From: Balanoglossus misakiensis
Lineage: Eukaryota; Animalia; Hemichordata
Assembly (NCBI GenBank): GCA_040954595.2
Contig: CM082590.2
Coordinates: 2,046,001 to 2,110,000, forward strand
Reading direction: 5' to 3'
DNA length: 64,000 nt
How positions within the stretch are numbered: the stretch's first letter is position 1; every line of letters begins with the position of its first letter. The notes beneath the pieces are model-generated. The model made no database searches and was not told the DNA's origin. It worked only from the letters and a program-made list of their open reading frames with translations. The translations under genes were made by a program, and so were the position numbers. This document shows positions 36,101 through 51,100 of this stretch, one piece after another.

Positions 36101-39100
36101 TTCTCTGCCCTAGCAAGGGCCAGGGGTACTTATTCTCTGCCCTAGCAAGGGCCAGGGGTACCAATTCTCAGCCCTAGCAAGGTCCAGGGGTACCAATTCT
36201 CTGCCCTAGCAAGGGCCAGGGGTACTTATTCTCTGCCCTAGCAAGGGCCAGGGGTACCAATTCTCAGCCCTAGCAAGGTCCAGGGGTACCAATTCTCTGC
36301 CCTAGCAAGGTCCAGGGGTACCAATTCTCTGCCCTAGCAAGGGCCAGGGGTACTTATTCTCTGCCCTAGCAAGGGTCAGGGGTATTTATTCTATGCCCTA
36401 GCAATGGCCAGGGGTACTTATTCTCAGCCCTAGCAAGGTCCAGGGATACTTATTCTCTGCCCTAGCAAGGGCCAGGGGTACTTATTCTCTGCCCTAGCAA
36501 GGGCCAGGGGTACCAATTCTCTGCCCTAGCAAGGGCCATGGGTACCAATTCGCTGCCCTATCAAGGTCCATGGGTTCTTATTCTCTGTCCTAGCAAGGTC
36601 CAAGGGTACCAATTCTCTGCCCTAGCAAGGGCCAGGGGTACTTATTCTCTGCCCTAGCAAGGGCCAGGGGTACCAATTCTCTGCCCTAGCAAGGTCCAGG
36701 GGTACCAATTCTCTGCCCTAGCAAGGGCCAGGGGTACTTATTCTCAGCCCTAGCAAGATCCAGAGGTACTTATTCTCAGCCCTAGCAAGGTCCAGAGGTA
36801 CTTATTCACTGCCCTAGCAAGGGCCAGGGGTACTTATTCTCTGCCCTAGCAAGGGCCAGGGGTACCAATTCTCTGCCCTAGCAAGGGCCAGGGGTACTTA
36901 TTCTCTGCCCTAGCAAGGGCCAGGGGTACCAATTCTCAGCCCTAGCAAGGTCCAGGGGTACCAATTCTCTGCCCTAGCAAGGGCCAGGGGTACCAATTCT
37001 CAGCCCTAGCAAGGTCCAGGGGTACCAATTCTCTGCCCTAGCAAGGGCCAGGGGTACTTATTCTCAGCCCTAGCAAGGTCCAGAGGTACTTATTCTCAGC
37101 CCTAGCAAGGTCCAGAGGTACTTATTCTCTGCCCTAGCAAGGGCCAGGGGTACTTATTCTCTGCCCTAGCAAGGGCCAGGGGTACCAATTCTCTGCCCTA
37201 GCAAGGGCCAGGGGTACTTATTCTCTGCCCTAGCAAGGGCCAGGGGTACCAATTCTCAGCCCTAGCAAGGTCCAGGGGTACCAATTCTCTGCCCTAGCAA
37301 GGGCCAGGGGTACTTATTCTCTGCCCTAGCAAGGGCCAGGGGTACCAATTCTCAGCCCTAGCAAGGGCCAGGGGTACTTATTCTCTGCCCTAGCAAGGGC
37401 CAGGGGTACCAATTCTCAGCCCTAGCAAGGTCCAGGGGTACCAATTCTCTGCCCTAGCAAGGGCCAGGGTTACTTATTCTCTGCCCTAGCAAGGGCCAGG
37501 GGTACCAATTCTCAGCCCTAGCAAGGTCCAGGGGTACCAATTCTCTGCCCTAGCAAGGTCCAGGGGTACCAATTCTCTGCCCTAGCAAGGGCCAGGGGTA
37601 CTTATTCTCTGCCCTAGCAAGGGTCAGGGGTATTTATTCTATGCCCTAGCAAGGGCCAGGGGTACTTATTCTCAGCCCTAGCAAGGTCCAGGGATACTTA
37701 TTCTCTGCCCTAGCAAGGGCCAGGGGTACTTATTCTCTGCCCTAGCAAGGGCCAGGGGTACCAATTCTCTGCCCTAGCAAGGGCCATGGGTACCAATTCT
37801 CTGCCCTATCAAGGTCCATGGGTTCTTATTCTCTGTCCTAGCAAGGTCCAAGGGTACCAATTCTCTGCCCTAGCAAGGGCCAGGGGTACTTATTCTCTGC
37901 CCTAGCAAGGGCCAGGGGTACCAATTCTCTGCCCTAGCAAGGTCCAGGGGTACCAATTCTCTGCCCTAGCAAGGGCCAGGGGTACTTATTCTCAGCCCTA
38001 GCAAGATCCAGAGGTACTTATTCTCAGCCCTAGCAAGGTCCAGAGGTACTTATTCTCTGCCCTAGCAAGGGCCAGGGGTACCAATTCTCAGCCCTAGCAA
38101 GGTCCAGGGGTACCAATTCTCTGCCCTAGCAAGGGCCAGGGGTACTTATTCTCTGCCCTAGCAAGGGCCAGGGGTACCAATTCTCAGCCCTAGCAAGGTC
38201 CAGGGGTACCAATTCTCTGCCCTAGCAAGGTCCAGGGGTACCAATTCTCTGCCCTAGCAAGGGCCAGGGGTACTTATTCTCTGCCCTAGCAAGGGTCAGG
38301 GGTATTTATTCTATGCCCTAGCAAGGGCCAGGGGTACTTATTCTCAGCCCTAGCAAGGTCCAGGGATACTTATTCTCTGCCCTAGCAAGGGCCAGGGGTA
38401 CTTATTCTCTGCCCTAGCAAGGGCCAGGGGTACCAATTCTCTGCCCTAGCAAGGGCCATGGGTACCAATTCTCTGCCCTATCAAGGTCCATGGGTTCTTA
38501 TTCTCTGTCCTAGCAAGGTCCAAGGGTACCAATTCTCTGCCCTAGCAAGGGCCAGGGGTACTTATTCTCTGCCCTAGCAAGGGCCAGGGGTACCAATTCT
38601 CTGCCGTAGCAAGGTCCAGGGGTACCAATTCTCTGCCCTAGCAAGGGCCAGGGGTACTTATTCTCAGCCCTAGCAAGATCCAGAGGTACTTATTCTCAGC
38701 CCTAGCAAGGTCCAGAGGTACTTATTCTCTGCCCTAGCAAGGGCCAGGGGTACTTATTCTCTGCCCTAGCAAGGGCCAGGGGTACCAATTCTCTGCCCTA
38801 GCAAGGGCCAGGGGTACTTATTCTCTGCCCTAGCAAGGGCCAGGGGTACCAATTCTCAGCCCTAGCAAGGTCCAGGGGTACCAATTCTCTGCCCTAGCAA
38901 GGGCCAGGGGTACCAATTCTCAGCCCTAGCAAGGTCCAGGGGTACCAATTCTCTGCCCTAGCAAGGGCCAGGGGTACTTATTCTCAGCCCTAGCAAGGTC
39001 CAGAGGTACTTATTCTCAGCCCTAGAAAGGTCCAGAGGTACTTATTCTCTGCCCTAGCAAGGGCCAGGGGTACTTATTCTCTGCCCTAGCAAGGGCCAGG

Positions 39101-42100
39101 GGTACCAATTCTCTGCCCTAGCAAGGGCCAGGGGTACTTATTCTCTGCCCTAGCAAGGGCCAGGGGTACCAATTCTCAGCCCTAGCAAGGTCCAGGGGTA
39201 CCAATTCTCTGCCCTAGCAAGGGACAGGGGTACTTATTCTCTGCCCTAGCAAGGGCCAGGGGTACCAATTCTCAGCCCTAGCAAGGTCCAGGGGTACCAA
39301 TTCTCTGCCCTAGCAAGGTCCATGGGTACCAATTCTCTGCCCTAGCAAGGGCCAAGGGTACTTATTCTCTGCCCTAGCAAGGGTCAGGGGTATTTATTCT
39401 ATGCCCTAGCAAGGGCCAGGGGTACTTATTCTCAGCCCTAGCAAGGTCCAGGGATACTTATTCTCTGCCCTAGCAAGGGCCAGGGGTACTTATTCTCTGC
39501 CCTAGCAAGGGCCAGGGGTACCAATTCTCTGCCCTAGCAAGGGCCATGGGTACCAATTCTCTGCCCTATCAAGGTCCATGGGTTCTTATTCTCTGTCCTA
39601 GCAAGGTCCAAGGGTACCAATTCTCTGCCCTAGCAAGGGCCAGGGGTACTTATTCTCTGCCCTAGCAAGGGCCAGGGGTACCAATTCTCTGCCCTAGCAA
39701 GGTCCAGGGGTACCAATTCTCTGCCCTAGCAAGGGCCAGGGGTACTTATTCTCAGCCCTAGCAAGATCCAGAGGTACTTATTCTCAGCCCTAGCAAGGTC
39801 CAGAGGTACTTATTCTCTGCCCTAGCAAGGGCCAGGGGTACTTATTCTCTGCCCTAGCAAGGGCCAGGGGTACCAATTCTCTGCCCTAGCAAGGGCCAGG
39901 GGTACTTATTCTCTGCCCTAGCAAGGGCCAGGGGTACCAATTCTCAGCCCTAGCAAGGTCCAGGGGTACCAATTCTCTGCCCTAGCAAGGGCCAGGGGTA
40001 CTTATTCTCTGCCCTAGCAAGGGCCAGGGGTACCAATTCTCAGCCCTAGCAAGGTCCAGGGGTACCAATTCTCTGCCGTAGCAAGGTCCAGGGGTACCAA
40101 TTCTCTGCCCTAGCAAGGGCCAGGGGTACTTATTCTCAGCCCTAGCAAGGTCCAGGGATACTTATTCTCTGCCCTAGCAAGGGCCAGGGGTACCATATCT
40201 CTGCCCTAGCAAGGGCCAGGGGTACTTATTCTCTGCCCTAGCAAGGGCCAGGGGTACCATATCTCTGCCCTAGCAAGGGCCAGGGGTACCAATTCTCAGC
40301 CCTAGCAAGGGCCAGGGGTACTTATTCTCAGCTCTAGCAAGGTCCAGGGGTACTTATTCTCTGCCCTAGCAAGGTCCAGGGGTACCAAATCTCAGCCCTA
40401 GCAAGGTCCAGGGGTACCAATTCTCTGCCCTAGCAAGGGCCAGGGGTACTTATTCTCTGCCCTAGCAAGGGCCAGGGGTACTTATTCTCTGCCCTATCAA
40501 GGTCCATGGGTTCTTATTCTCTGCCCTAGCAAGGGCCAGGGGTACCAATTCTCTGCCCTAGCAAGGTCCAGGGGTACTAATTCTCTGCCCTAGCAAGGGC
40601 CAGGGGTACTTATTCTCTGCCCTAGCAAGGGCCAGGGGTACTTATTCTCTGCCCTAGCAAGGGCCCGGGGTACCAATTCTCTGCCCTAGCAAGGGCCATG
40701 GGTTCTTATTCTCTGCCCTAGCAAGGTCCAGGGGTACTTATTCTCTGCCCTAGCAAGGTCCAGGGGTACCAATTCTCAGCCCTAGCAAGGTCCAGGGGTA
40801 CCAATTCTCTGCCCTAGCAAGGTCCAGGGGTACTTATTGTCTGCCCTATCAAGGTCCATGGGTTCTTATTCTCTGCCCTAGCAAGGTCCAGGGGTACCAA
40901 TTCTCTGCCCTAGCAAGGGCCAGGGGTACTTATTCTCTGCCCTAGCAAGGGCCAGGGGTACTTATTCTCTGCCCTAGCAAGGGCCAGGGGTACCAATTCT
41001 CTGCCCTAGCAAGGGCCATGGGTACCAATTCTCTGCCCTAGCAAGGGCCAGGGGTACTTATTCTCTGCCCTAGCAAGGGCCAGGGGTACCAATTCTCTGC
41101 CCTAGCAAGGTCCAGGGGTACCAATTCTTTGCCCTAGCAAGGGCCAGGGGTACTTATTCTCAGCCCTAGCAAGATCCAGAGGTACTTATTCTCAGCCCTA
41201 GCAAGGTCCAGAGGTACTTATTCTCTGCCCTAGCAAGGGCCAGGGGTACTTATTCTCTGCCCTAGCAAGGGCCAGGGGTACCAATTCTCTGCCCTAGCAA
41301 GGGCCAGGGGTACTTATTCTCAGCCCTAGCAAGATCCAGAGGTACTTATTCTCAGCCCTAGCAAGGTCCATGGATTCTTATTCTCTGTCCTAGCAAGGTC
41401 CAAGGGTACCAATTCTCTGCCCTAGCAAGGGCCAGGGGTACCAATTCTCTGCCCTAGCAAGGGCCAGGGGTACTTATTCTCTGCCCTACCAAGGGCCAGG
41501 GGTACCAATTCTCTGCCCTAGCAAGGTCCAGGGGTACCAATTCTTTGCCCTAGCAAGGGCCAGGGGTACTTATTCTCAGCCCTAGCAAGATCCAGAGGTA
41601 CTTATTCTCAGCCCTAGCAAGGTCCAGAGGTACTTATTCTCTGCCCTAGCAAGGGCCAGGGGTACTTATTCTCTGCCCTAGCAAGGGCCAGGGGTACCAA
41701 TTCTCTGCCCTAGCAAGGGCCAGGGGTACTTATTCTCTGCCCTAGCAAGGGCCAGGGGTACCAATTCTCAGCCCTAGCAAGGTCCAGGGGTACCAATTCT
41801 CTGCCCTAGCAAGGGCCAGGGGTACTTATTCTCTGCCCTAGCAAGGGCCAGGGGTACCAATTCTCAGCCCTAGCAAGGTCCAGGGGTACCAATTCTCTGC
41901 CCTAGCAAGGTCCAGGGGTACCAATTCTCTGCCCTAGCAAGGGCCAGGGGTACTTATTCTCAGCCCTAGCAAGGTCCAGGGATACTTATTCTCTGCCCTC
42001 GCAAGGTCCAGGGGTACCAATTATCAGCCCTAGCAAGGTCAAGGGGTACCAATTCTCTGCCCTAGCAAGGTCCAGGGGTACCAATTCTCTGCCCTAGCAA

Positions 42101-45100
42101 GGTCCAGGGGTACTTATTCTCTGCCCTATCAAGGTCCATGGGTTCTTATTCTCTGCCCTAGCAAGGTCCAGGGGTACCAATTCCCTGCCCTAGCAAGGGC
42201 CAGGGTTACTTATTCTCTGCCCTAGCAAGGGCCAGGGGTACCAATTCTCTGCCCTAGCAAGGGCCAGGGGTACCAATTCTCTGCCCTATCAAGGTCCATG
42301 GGTTCTTATTCTCTGCCCTAGCAAGGGCCAGGGGTACCAATTCTCTGCCCTAGCAAGGGCCAGGGGTACCAATTCTCTGCCCTAGCAAGGGCCATGGGTT
42401 CTTATTCTCTGCCCTAGCAAGGTCAAGGGGTACTTATTCTCTGCCCTAGCAAGGTCCAGGGGTACTTATTGTCTGCCCTATCAAGGTCCATGGGTTCTTA
42501 TTCTATGCCCTAGCAAGGTCCAGGGGTACCAATTCTCTGCCCTAGCAAGGGCCAGGGGTACTTATTCTCTGCCCTAGCAAGGGTCAGGGGTACTTATTCT
42601 CAGCCCTAGCAAGGTCCAGAGGTACTTATTCTCTGCCCTAGCAAGGGCCAGGGGTACCAATTCTCTGCCCTAGCAAGGGCCAGGGGTACTTATTCTCTGC
42701 CCTAGCAAGGGCCAGGGGTACCAATTCTCAGCCCTAGCAAGGTCCATGGGTACCAATTCTCTGCCCTAGCAAGGTCCAGGGGTACCAATTCTCTGCCCTA
42801 GCAAGGGCCAGGGGTACTTATTCTCTGCCCTAGCAAGGGCCAGGGGTATTTATTCTCTGCCCTAGCAAGGGCCAGGGGCACTTATTCTCAGCCCTAGCAA
42901 GGTCCAGGGATACTTATTCTCTGCCCTAGCAAGGTCCAGGGGTACCAATTCTCAGCCCTAGCAAGGTCCAGGGGTACCAATTCTCTGCCCTAGCAAGGTC
43001 CAGGGGTACTTATTCTCTGCCCTATCAAGGTCCATGGGTTCTTATTCTCTGCCCTAGCGAGGGCCAGGGGTACCAATTCTCTGCCCTAGCAAGGGCCAGG
43101 GGTACCAATTCTCTACCCTAGCAAGGGCCATGGGTTCTTATTCTCTGCCCTAGCAAGGTCCAGGGGTACTTATTCTCTGCCCTAGCAAGGTCCAGGGGTA
43201 CCAATTCTCAGCCCTAGCAAGGTCCAGGGGTACCAATTCTCTGCCCTAGCAAGGTCCAGGGGTACTTATTCTCAGCCCTAGCAAGGTCCAGAGGTACTTA
43301 TTCTCAGCCCTAGCAAGGTCCAGAGGTACTTATTCTCTGCCCTAGCAAGGGCCAGGGGTACTTATTCTCTGCCCTAGCAAGGGCCAGGGGTACTTATTCT
43401 CTGCCCTAGCAAGGTCCAGGGGTACCAATTCTCTGCCCTAGCAAGGGCCAGGGGTACTTATTCTCTGCCCTAGCAAGGGCCAGGGGTACCAATTCTCAGC
43501 CCTAGCAAGGTCCATGGGTACCAATTCTCTGCCCTAGCAAGGTCCAGGGGTACCAATTCTCTGCCCTAGCAAGGGCCAGGGGTACTTATTCTCTGCCCTA
43601 GCAAGGGCCAGGGGTATTTATTCTCTGCCCTAGCAAGGGCCAGGGGCACTTATTCTCAGCCCTAGCAAGGTCCAGGGATACTTATTCTCTGCCCTAGCAA
43701 GGTCCAGGGGTACCAATTCTCAGCCCTAGCAAGGTCCAGGGGTACCAATTCTCTGCCCTAGCAAGGTCCAGGGGTACTTATTCTCTGCCCTATCAAGGTC
43801 CATGGGTTCTTATTCTCTGCCCTAGCGAGGGCCAGGGGTACCAATTCTCTGCCCTAGCAAGGGCCAGGGGTACCAATTCTCTACCCTAGCAAGGGCCATG
43901 GGTTCTTATTCTCTGCCCTAGCAAGGTCCAGGGGTACTTATTCTCTGCCCTAGCAAGGTCCAGGGGTACCAATTCTCAGCCCTAGCAAGGTCCAGGGGTA
44001 CCAATTCTCTGCCCAAGCAAGGTCCAGGGGTACTTATTCTCAGCCCTAGCAAGGTCCAGAGGTACTTATTCTCAGCCCTAGCAAGGTCCAGAGGTACTTA
44101 TTCTCTGCCCTAGCAAGGGCCAGGGGTACTTATTCTCTGCCCTAGCAAGGGCCAGGGGTACTTATTCTCTGCCCTAGCAAGGTCCAAGGGTACCAATTCT
44201 CTGCCCTAGCAAGGTCCAGGGGTACCAATTCTCTGCCCTAGCAAGGGCCATGGGTACTTATTCTCTGCCCTAGCAAGGGCCAGGGGTATTTATTCTCTGC
44301 CCTAGCAAGGTCCAGGGGTACCAATTCTCAGCCCTAGCAAGGTCCAGGGGTACCAATTCTCTGCCCTAGCAAGGTCCAGGGGTACTTATTCTCTGCCCTA
44401 TCAAGGTCCATGGGTTCTTATTCTCTGCCCTAGCGAGGGCCAGGGGTACCAATTCTCTGCCCTAGCAAGGGCCAGGGGTACCAATTCTCTACCCTAGCAA
44501 GGGCCATGGGTTCTTATTCTCTGCCCTAGCAAGGTCCAGGGGTACTTATTCTCTGCCCTAGCAAGGTCCAGGGGTACCAATTCTCAGCCCTAGCAAGGTC
44601 CAGGGGTACCAATTCTCTGCCCTAGCAAGGTCCAGGGGTACTTATTCTCAGCCCTAGCAAGGTCCAGAGGTACTTATTCTCAGCCCTAGCAAGGTCCAGA
44701 GGTACTTATTCTCTGCCCTAGCAAGGGCCAGGGGTACTTATTCTCTGCCCTAGCAAGGGCCAGGGGTACTTATTCTCTGCCCTAGCAAGGTCCAAGGGTA
44801 CCAATTCTCTGCCCTAGCAAGGTCCAGGGGTACCAATTCTCTGCCCTAGCAAGGGCCATGGGTACTTATTCTCTGCCCTAGCAAGGGCCAGGGGTATTTA
44901 TTCTCTGCCCTAGCAAGGGCCAGGGGTACTTATTCTCAGCCCTAGCAAGGTCCAGGGATACTTATTCTCTGCCCTAGCAAGGTCCAGGGGTACCAATTCT
45001 CAGCCCTAGCAAGGTCCAGGGGTACCTATTCTCTGCCCTAGCAAGGTCCAGGGGTACCAATTCTCAGCCCTAGCAAGGTCAAGGGGTACCAATTCTCTGC

Positions 45101-48100
45101 CCTAGCAAGGTCCAGGGGTACCAATTCTCTGCCCTAGCAAGGTCCAGGGGTACTTATTCTCTGCCCTATCAAGGTCCATGGGTTCTTATTCTCTGCCCTA
45201 GCAAGGTCCAGGGGTACCAATTCCCTGCCCTAGCAAGGGCCAGGGTTACTTATTCTCTGCCCTAGCAAGGGCCAGGGGTACCAATTCTCTGCCCTAGCAA
45301 GGGCCAGGGGTACCAATTCTCTGCCCTATCAAGGTCCATGGGTTCTTATTCTCTGCCCTAGCAAGGGCCAGGGGTACCAATTCTCTGCCCTAGCAAGGGC
45401 CAGGGGTACCAATTCTCTGCCCTAGCAAGGGCCATGGGTTCTTATTCTCTGCCCTAGCAAGGTCAAGGGGTACTTATTCTCTGCCCTAGCAAGGTCCAGG
45501 GGTACCAATTCTCAGCCCTAGCAAGGTCCAGGGGTACCAATTCTCTGCCCTAGCAAGGTCCAGGGGTACTTATTGTCTGCCCTATCAAGGTCCATGGGTT
45601 CTTATTCTATGCCCTAGCAAGGTCCAGGGGTACCAATTCTCTGCCCTAGCAAGGGCCAGGGGTACTTATTCTCTGCCCTAGCAAGGGTCAGGGGTACTTA
45701 TTCTCAGCCCTAGCAAGGTCCAGAGGTACTTATTCTCTGCCCTAGCAAGGGCCAGGGGTACCAATTCTCTGCCCTAGCAAGGGCCAGGGGTACTTATTCT
45801 CTGCCCTTGCAAGGGCCAGGGGTACCAATTCTCTGCCCTAGCAAGGGCCAGGGGTACTTATTCTGTGCCCTAGCAAGGGCCAGGGGTACCAATTCTCAGC
45901 CCTAGCAAGGTCCAGGGGTACTTATTCTCTGCCCTAGCAAGGGCCAGGGGTATTTATTCTCTGCCCTAGCAAGGGCCAGGGGCACTTATTCTCAGCCCTA
46001 GCAAGGTCCAGGGATACTTATTCTCTGCCCTAGCAAGGTCCAGGGGTACCAATTCTCAGCCCTAGCAAGGTCCAGGGGTACCAATTCTCTGCCCTAGCAA
46101 GGTCCAGGGGTACTTATTCTCTGCCCTATCAAGGTCCATGGGTTCTTATTCTCTGCCCTAGCGAGGGCCAGGGGTACCAATTCTCTGCCCTAGCAAGGGC
46201 CAGGGGTACCAATTCTCTACCCTAGCAAGGGCCATGGGTTCTTATTCTCTGCCCTAGCAAGGTCCAGGGGTACTTATTCTCTGCCCTAGCAAGGTCCAGG
46301 GGTACCAATTCTCAGCCCTAGCAAGGTCCAGGGGTACCAATTCTCTGCCCTAGCAAGGTCCAGGGGTACTTATTCTCAGCCCTAGCAAGGTCCAGAGGTA
46401 CTTATTCTCAGCCCTAGCAAGGTCCAGAGGTACTTATTCTCTGCCCTAGCAAGGGCCAGGGGTACTTATTCTCTGCCCTAGCAAGGGCCAGGGGTACTTA
46501 TTCTCTGCCCTAGCAAGGTCCAGGGGTACCAATTCTCTGCCCTAGCAAGGTCCAGGGGTACCAATTCTCTGCCCTAGCAAGGGCCAGGGGTACTTATTCT
46601 CTGCCCTAGCAAGGGCCAGGGGTATTTATTCTCTGCCCTAGCAAGGGCCAGGGGTACTTATTCTCAGCCCTAGCAAGGTCCAGGGATACTTATTCTCTGC
46701 CCTAGCAAGGTCCAGGGGTACCAATTCTCAGCCCTAGCAAGGTCCAGGGGTACCAATTCTCTGCCCTAGCGAGGTCCAGGGGTACTTATTCTCTGCCCTA
46801 TCAAGGTCCATGGGTTCTTATTCTCTGCCCTAGCGAGGGCCAGGGGTACCAATTCTCTGCCCTAGCAAGGGCCAGGGGTACCAATTCTCTACCCTAGCAA
46901 GGGCCATGGGTTCTTATTCTCTGCCCTAGCAAGGTCCAGGGGTACTTATTCTCTGCCCTAGCAAGGTCCAGGGGTACCAATTCTCAGCCCTAGCAAGGTC
47001 CAGGGGTACCAATTCTCTGCCCTACCAAGGTCCAGGGGTACTTATTCTCAGCCCTAGCAAGGTCCAGAGGTACTTATTCTCAGCCCTAGCAAGGTCCAGA
47101 GGTACTTATTCTCTGCCCTAGCAAGGGCCAGGGGTACTTATTCTCTGCCCTAGCAAGGTCCAGGGGTACCAATTCTCTGCCCTAGCAAGGTCCAGGGGTA
47201 CTTATTCTCAGCCCTAGCAAGGTCCAGAGGTACTTATTCTCAGCCCTAGCAAGGTCCAGAGGTACTTATTCTCTGCCCTAGCAAGGGCCAGGGGTACTTA
47301 TTCTCTGCCCTAGCAAGGGCCAGGGGTACTTATTCTCTGCCCTAGCAAGGTCCAGGGGTACCAATTCTCTGCCCTAGCAAGGTCCAGGGGTACCAATTCT
47401 CTGCCCTAGCAAGGGCCAGGGGTACTTATTCTCTGCCCTAGCAAGGGCCAGGGGTATTTATTCTCTGCCCTAGCAAGGGCCAGGGGTACTTATTCTCAGC
47501 CCTAGCAAGGTCCAGGGATACTTATTCTCTGCCCTAGCAAGGTCCAGGGGTACTTATTCTCTGCCCTATCAAGGTCCATGGGTTCTTATTCTCTGCCCTA
47601 GCGAGGGCCAGGGGTACCAATTCTCTGCCCTAGCAAGGGCCAGGGGTACCAATTCTCTACCCTAGCAAGGGCCATGGGTTCTTATTCTCTGCCCTAGCAA
47701 GGTCCAGGGGTACTTATTCTCTGCCCTAGCAAGGTCCAGGGGTACCAATTCTCAGCCCTAGCAAGGTCCAGGGGTACCAATTCTCTGCCCTACCAAGGTC
47801 CAGGGGTACTTATTCTCAGCCCTAGCAAGGTCCAGAGGTACTTATTCTCAGCCCTAGCAAGGTCCAGAGGTACTTATTCTCTGCCCTAGCAAGGGCCAGG
47901 GGTACTTATTCTCTGCCCTAGCAAGGGCCAGGGGTACCAATTCTTAGCCCTAGCAAGGGCCAGGGGTACCAATTCTCTGCCCTAGCAAGGGCCAGGGGTA
48001 CTTATTCTCTGCCCTAGCAAGGGCCAGGGGTACCAATTCTCAGCCCTAGCAAGGTCCAGGGGTACCAATTCTCTGCCCTAGCAAGGGCCAGGGGTACTTA

Positions 48101-51100
48101 TTCTCTGCCCTAGCAAGGGCCAGGGGTATTTATTCTCTGCCCTAGCAAGGGCCAGGGGTACTTATTCTCAGCCCTAGCAAGGTCCAGGGATACTTATTCT
48201 CTGCCCTAGCAAGGTCCAGGGGTACCAATTCTCAGCCCTTGCAAGGTCCAGGGGTACCAATTCTCTGCCCTAGCAAGGTCCAGGGGTACTTATTCTCTGC
48301 CCTATCAAGGTCCATGGGTTCTTATTCTCTGCCCTAGCAAGGTCCAGGGGTACCAATTCCCTGCCCTAGCAAGGGCCAGGGGTATTTATTCTCTGCCCTA
48401 GCAAGGGCCAGGGGTACCAATTCTCTGCCCTAGCAAGGGCCAGGGGTACCAATTCTCTGCCCTATCAAGGTCCATGGGTTCTTATTCTCTGCCCTAGCAA
48501 GGGCCAGGGGTACCAATTCTCTGCCCTATCAAGGTCCACGGGTTCTAATTCTCTGCCCTAGCAAGGGCCAGGGGTACCAATTCTCTGCCCTAGCAAGGGC
48601 CAGGGGTACTTATTCTCTGCCCTAGCAAGGGCCAGGGGTACCAATTCTCTGCCCTAGCAAGGGCCAGGGGTACCAATTCTCAGCCCTAGCAAGGGCCAGG
48701 GGTACTTATTCTCAGCCCTAGCAAGGTCCAGGGGTACTTATTCTCTGCCCTAGCAAGGTCCAGGGGTACCAAATCTCAGCCCTAGCAAGGTCCAGGGGTA
48801 CCAATTCTCTGCCCTAGCAAGGGCCAGGGGTACTAATTCTCTGCCCTAGCAAGGGCCAGGGGTACTTATTCTCTGCCCTAGCAAGGGCCATGGGTTCTTA
48901 TTCTCTGCCCTAGCAAGGTCCAGGGGTACTTATTCTCTGCCCTAGCAAGGTCCAGGGGTACCAATTCTCAGCCCTAGCAAGGTCCAGGGGTACCAATTCT
49001 CTGCCCTAGCAAGGTCCAGGGGTACTTATTGTCTGCCCTATCAAGGTCCATGGGTTCTTATTCTCTGCCTTAGCAAGGTCCAGGGGTACCAATTCTCTGC
49101 CCTAGCAAGGGCCAGGGGTACTTATTCTCTGCCCTAGCAAGGGTCAGGGGTACTTATTCTCAGCCCTAGCAAGGTCCAGAGGTACTTATTCTCTGCCCTA
49201 GCAAGGGCCAGGGGTACCAATTCTCTGCCCTAGCAAGGGCCAGGGGTACTTATTCTCTGCCCTAGCAAGGGCCAGGGGTACCAATTCTCTGCCCTAGCAA
49301 GGGCCAGGGGTACTTATTCTCAGCCCTAGCAAGGTCCAGGGGTACTTATTCTCTGCCCTAGCAAGGTCCAGGGGTACCAAATCTCAGCCCTAGCAAGGTC
49401 CAGGGGTACCAATTCTCTGCCCTAGCAAGGGCCAGGGGAACCAATTCTCAGTCCTACCAAGGGCCAGGGGTACTTATTCTCAGCCCTAGCAAGGTCCAGG
49501 GGTACTTATTCTCTGCCCTAGCAAGGGCCAGGGGTATTTATTCTCTACCCTAGCAAGGGCCAGGGGTACTTATTCTCAGCCCTAGCAAGGTCCAGGGGTA
49601 CCAATTCTCAGCCCTAGCAAGGTCCAGGGGTACCAATTCTCTGCCCTAGCAAGGTCCAGGGGTACCAATTCTCTGCCCTAGCAAGGGCCAGGGGTACTTA
49701 TTCTCAGCCCTAGCAAGGTCCAGGGGTACTTATTCTCTGCCCTAGCAAGGGCCAGGGGTACCAATTCTCTGCCCTATCAAGGTCCATGGGTTCTTATTCT
49801 CTGCCCTAGCAAGGGCCAGGGGTACCAATTCTCTGCCCTAGCAAGGGCCAGGGGTACTTATTCTCTGCCCTAGCAAGGTCCAGGGGTACCAATTCTCTGC
49901 CCTAGCAAGGGCCAGGGGAACCAATTCTCAGTCCTACCAAGGGCCAGGGGTACTTATTCTCAGCCCTAGCAAGGTCCAGGGGTACTTATTCTCTGCCCTA
50001 GCAAGGGCCAGGGGTATTTATTCTCTGCCCTAGCAAGGGCCAGGGGTACTTATTCTCAGCCCTAGCAAGGTCCAGGGGTACTTATTCTCTGCCCTAGCAA
50101 GGGCCAGGGGTACTTATTCTCTGCCCTAGCAAGGGCCAGGGGTACCAATTCTCTGCCCTAGCAAGGGCCAGGGGTACTTATTCTCTGCCCTAGCAAGGGC
50201 CAGGGGTACCAATTCTCTGCCCTAGCAAGGGCCAGGGGAACCAATTCTCAGTCCTACCAAGGGCCAGGGGTACTTATTCTCAGCCCTAGCAAGGTCCAGG
50301 GGTACTTATTCTCTGCCCTAGCAAGGGCCAGGGGTATTTATTCTCTGCCCTAGCAAGGGCCAGGGGTACTTATTCTCAGCCCTAGCAAGGTCCAGGGGTA
50401 CCAATTCTCAGCCCTAGCAAGGTCCAGGGGTACCAATTCTCTGCCCTAGCAAGGTCCAGGGGTACCAATTCTCTGCCCTAGAAAGGGCCAGGGGTACTTA
50501 TTCTCTGCCCTAGCAAGGGCCAGTGGTACCAATTCTCTGCCCTAGCAAGGGCCAAGGGTACCAAGTCTCTGCCCTATCAAGGTCCATGGGTTCTTATTCT
50601 CTGCCCTAGCAAGGGCCAGAGGTACTTATTCTCTGCCCTAGCAATGGCCAGGGGTACCATTTCTCTGCCCTATCAAGGTCCATAGGCTCTTATTCTCTGC
50701 CCTAGCAAAGGCCAGGGGTACCAATTCTCTGCCCTAGCAAGGGCCAGGGGTACTTATTTTCTGCCCTAGCAAGGGCCAGGGGTATTAATTCTCTGCCCTA
50801 TCAAGGTCCACGGGTTCTTATTCTTTGCCCTAGCAAGGGCCAGGGGTACCAATTCTCTGCCCTAGCAAGGGCCAGGGGTACTTATTCTCTGCCCTAGCAA
50901 GGGCCAGGGGTACCAATTCTCTGCCCTAGCAAGGGCCAGGGGTACCAATTCTCAGCCCTAGCAAGGGCCAGGGGTACTTATTTTCAGCCCTAGCAAGGTC
51001 CAGGGGTACTTATTCTCTGCCCTAGCAAGGTCCAGAGGTACTTATTCTCTGCCCTAGCAAGGGCCAGGGGTACTTATTCTCTGCCCTAGCAAGGGCCAGG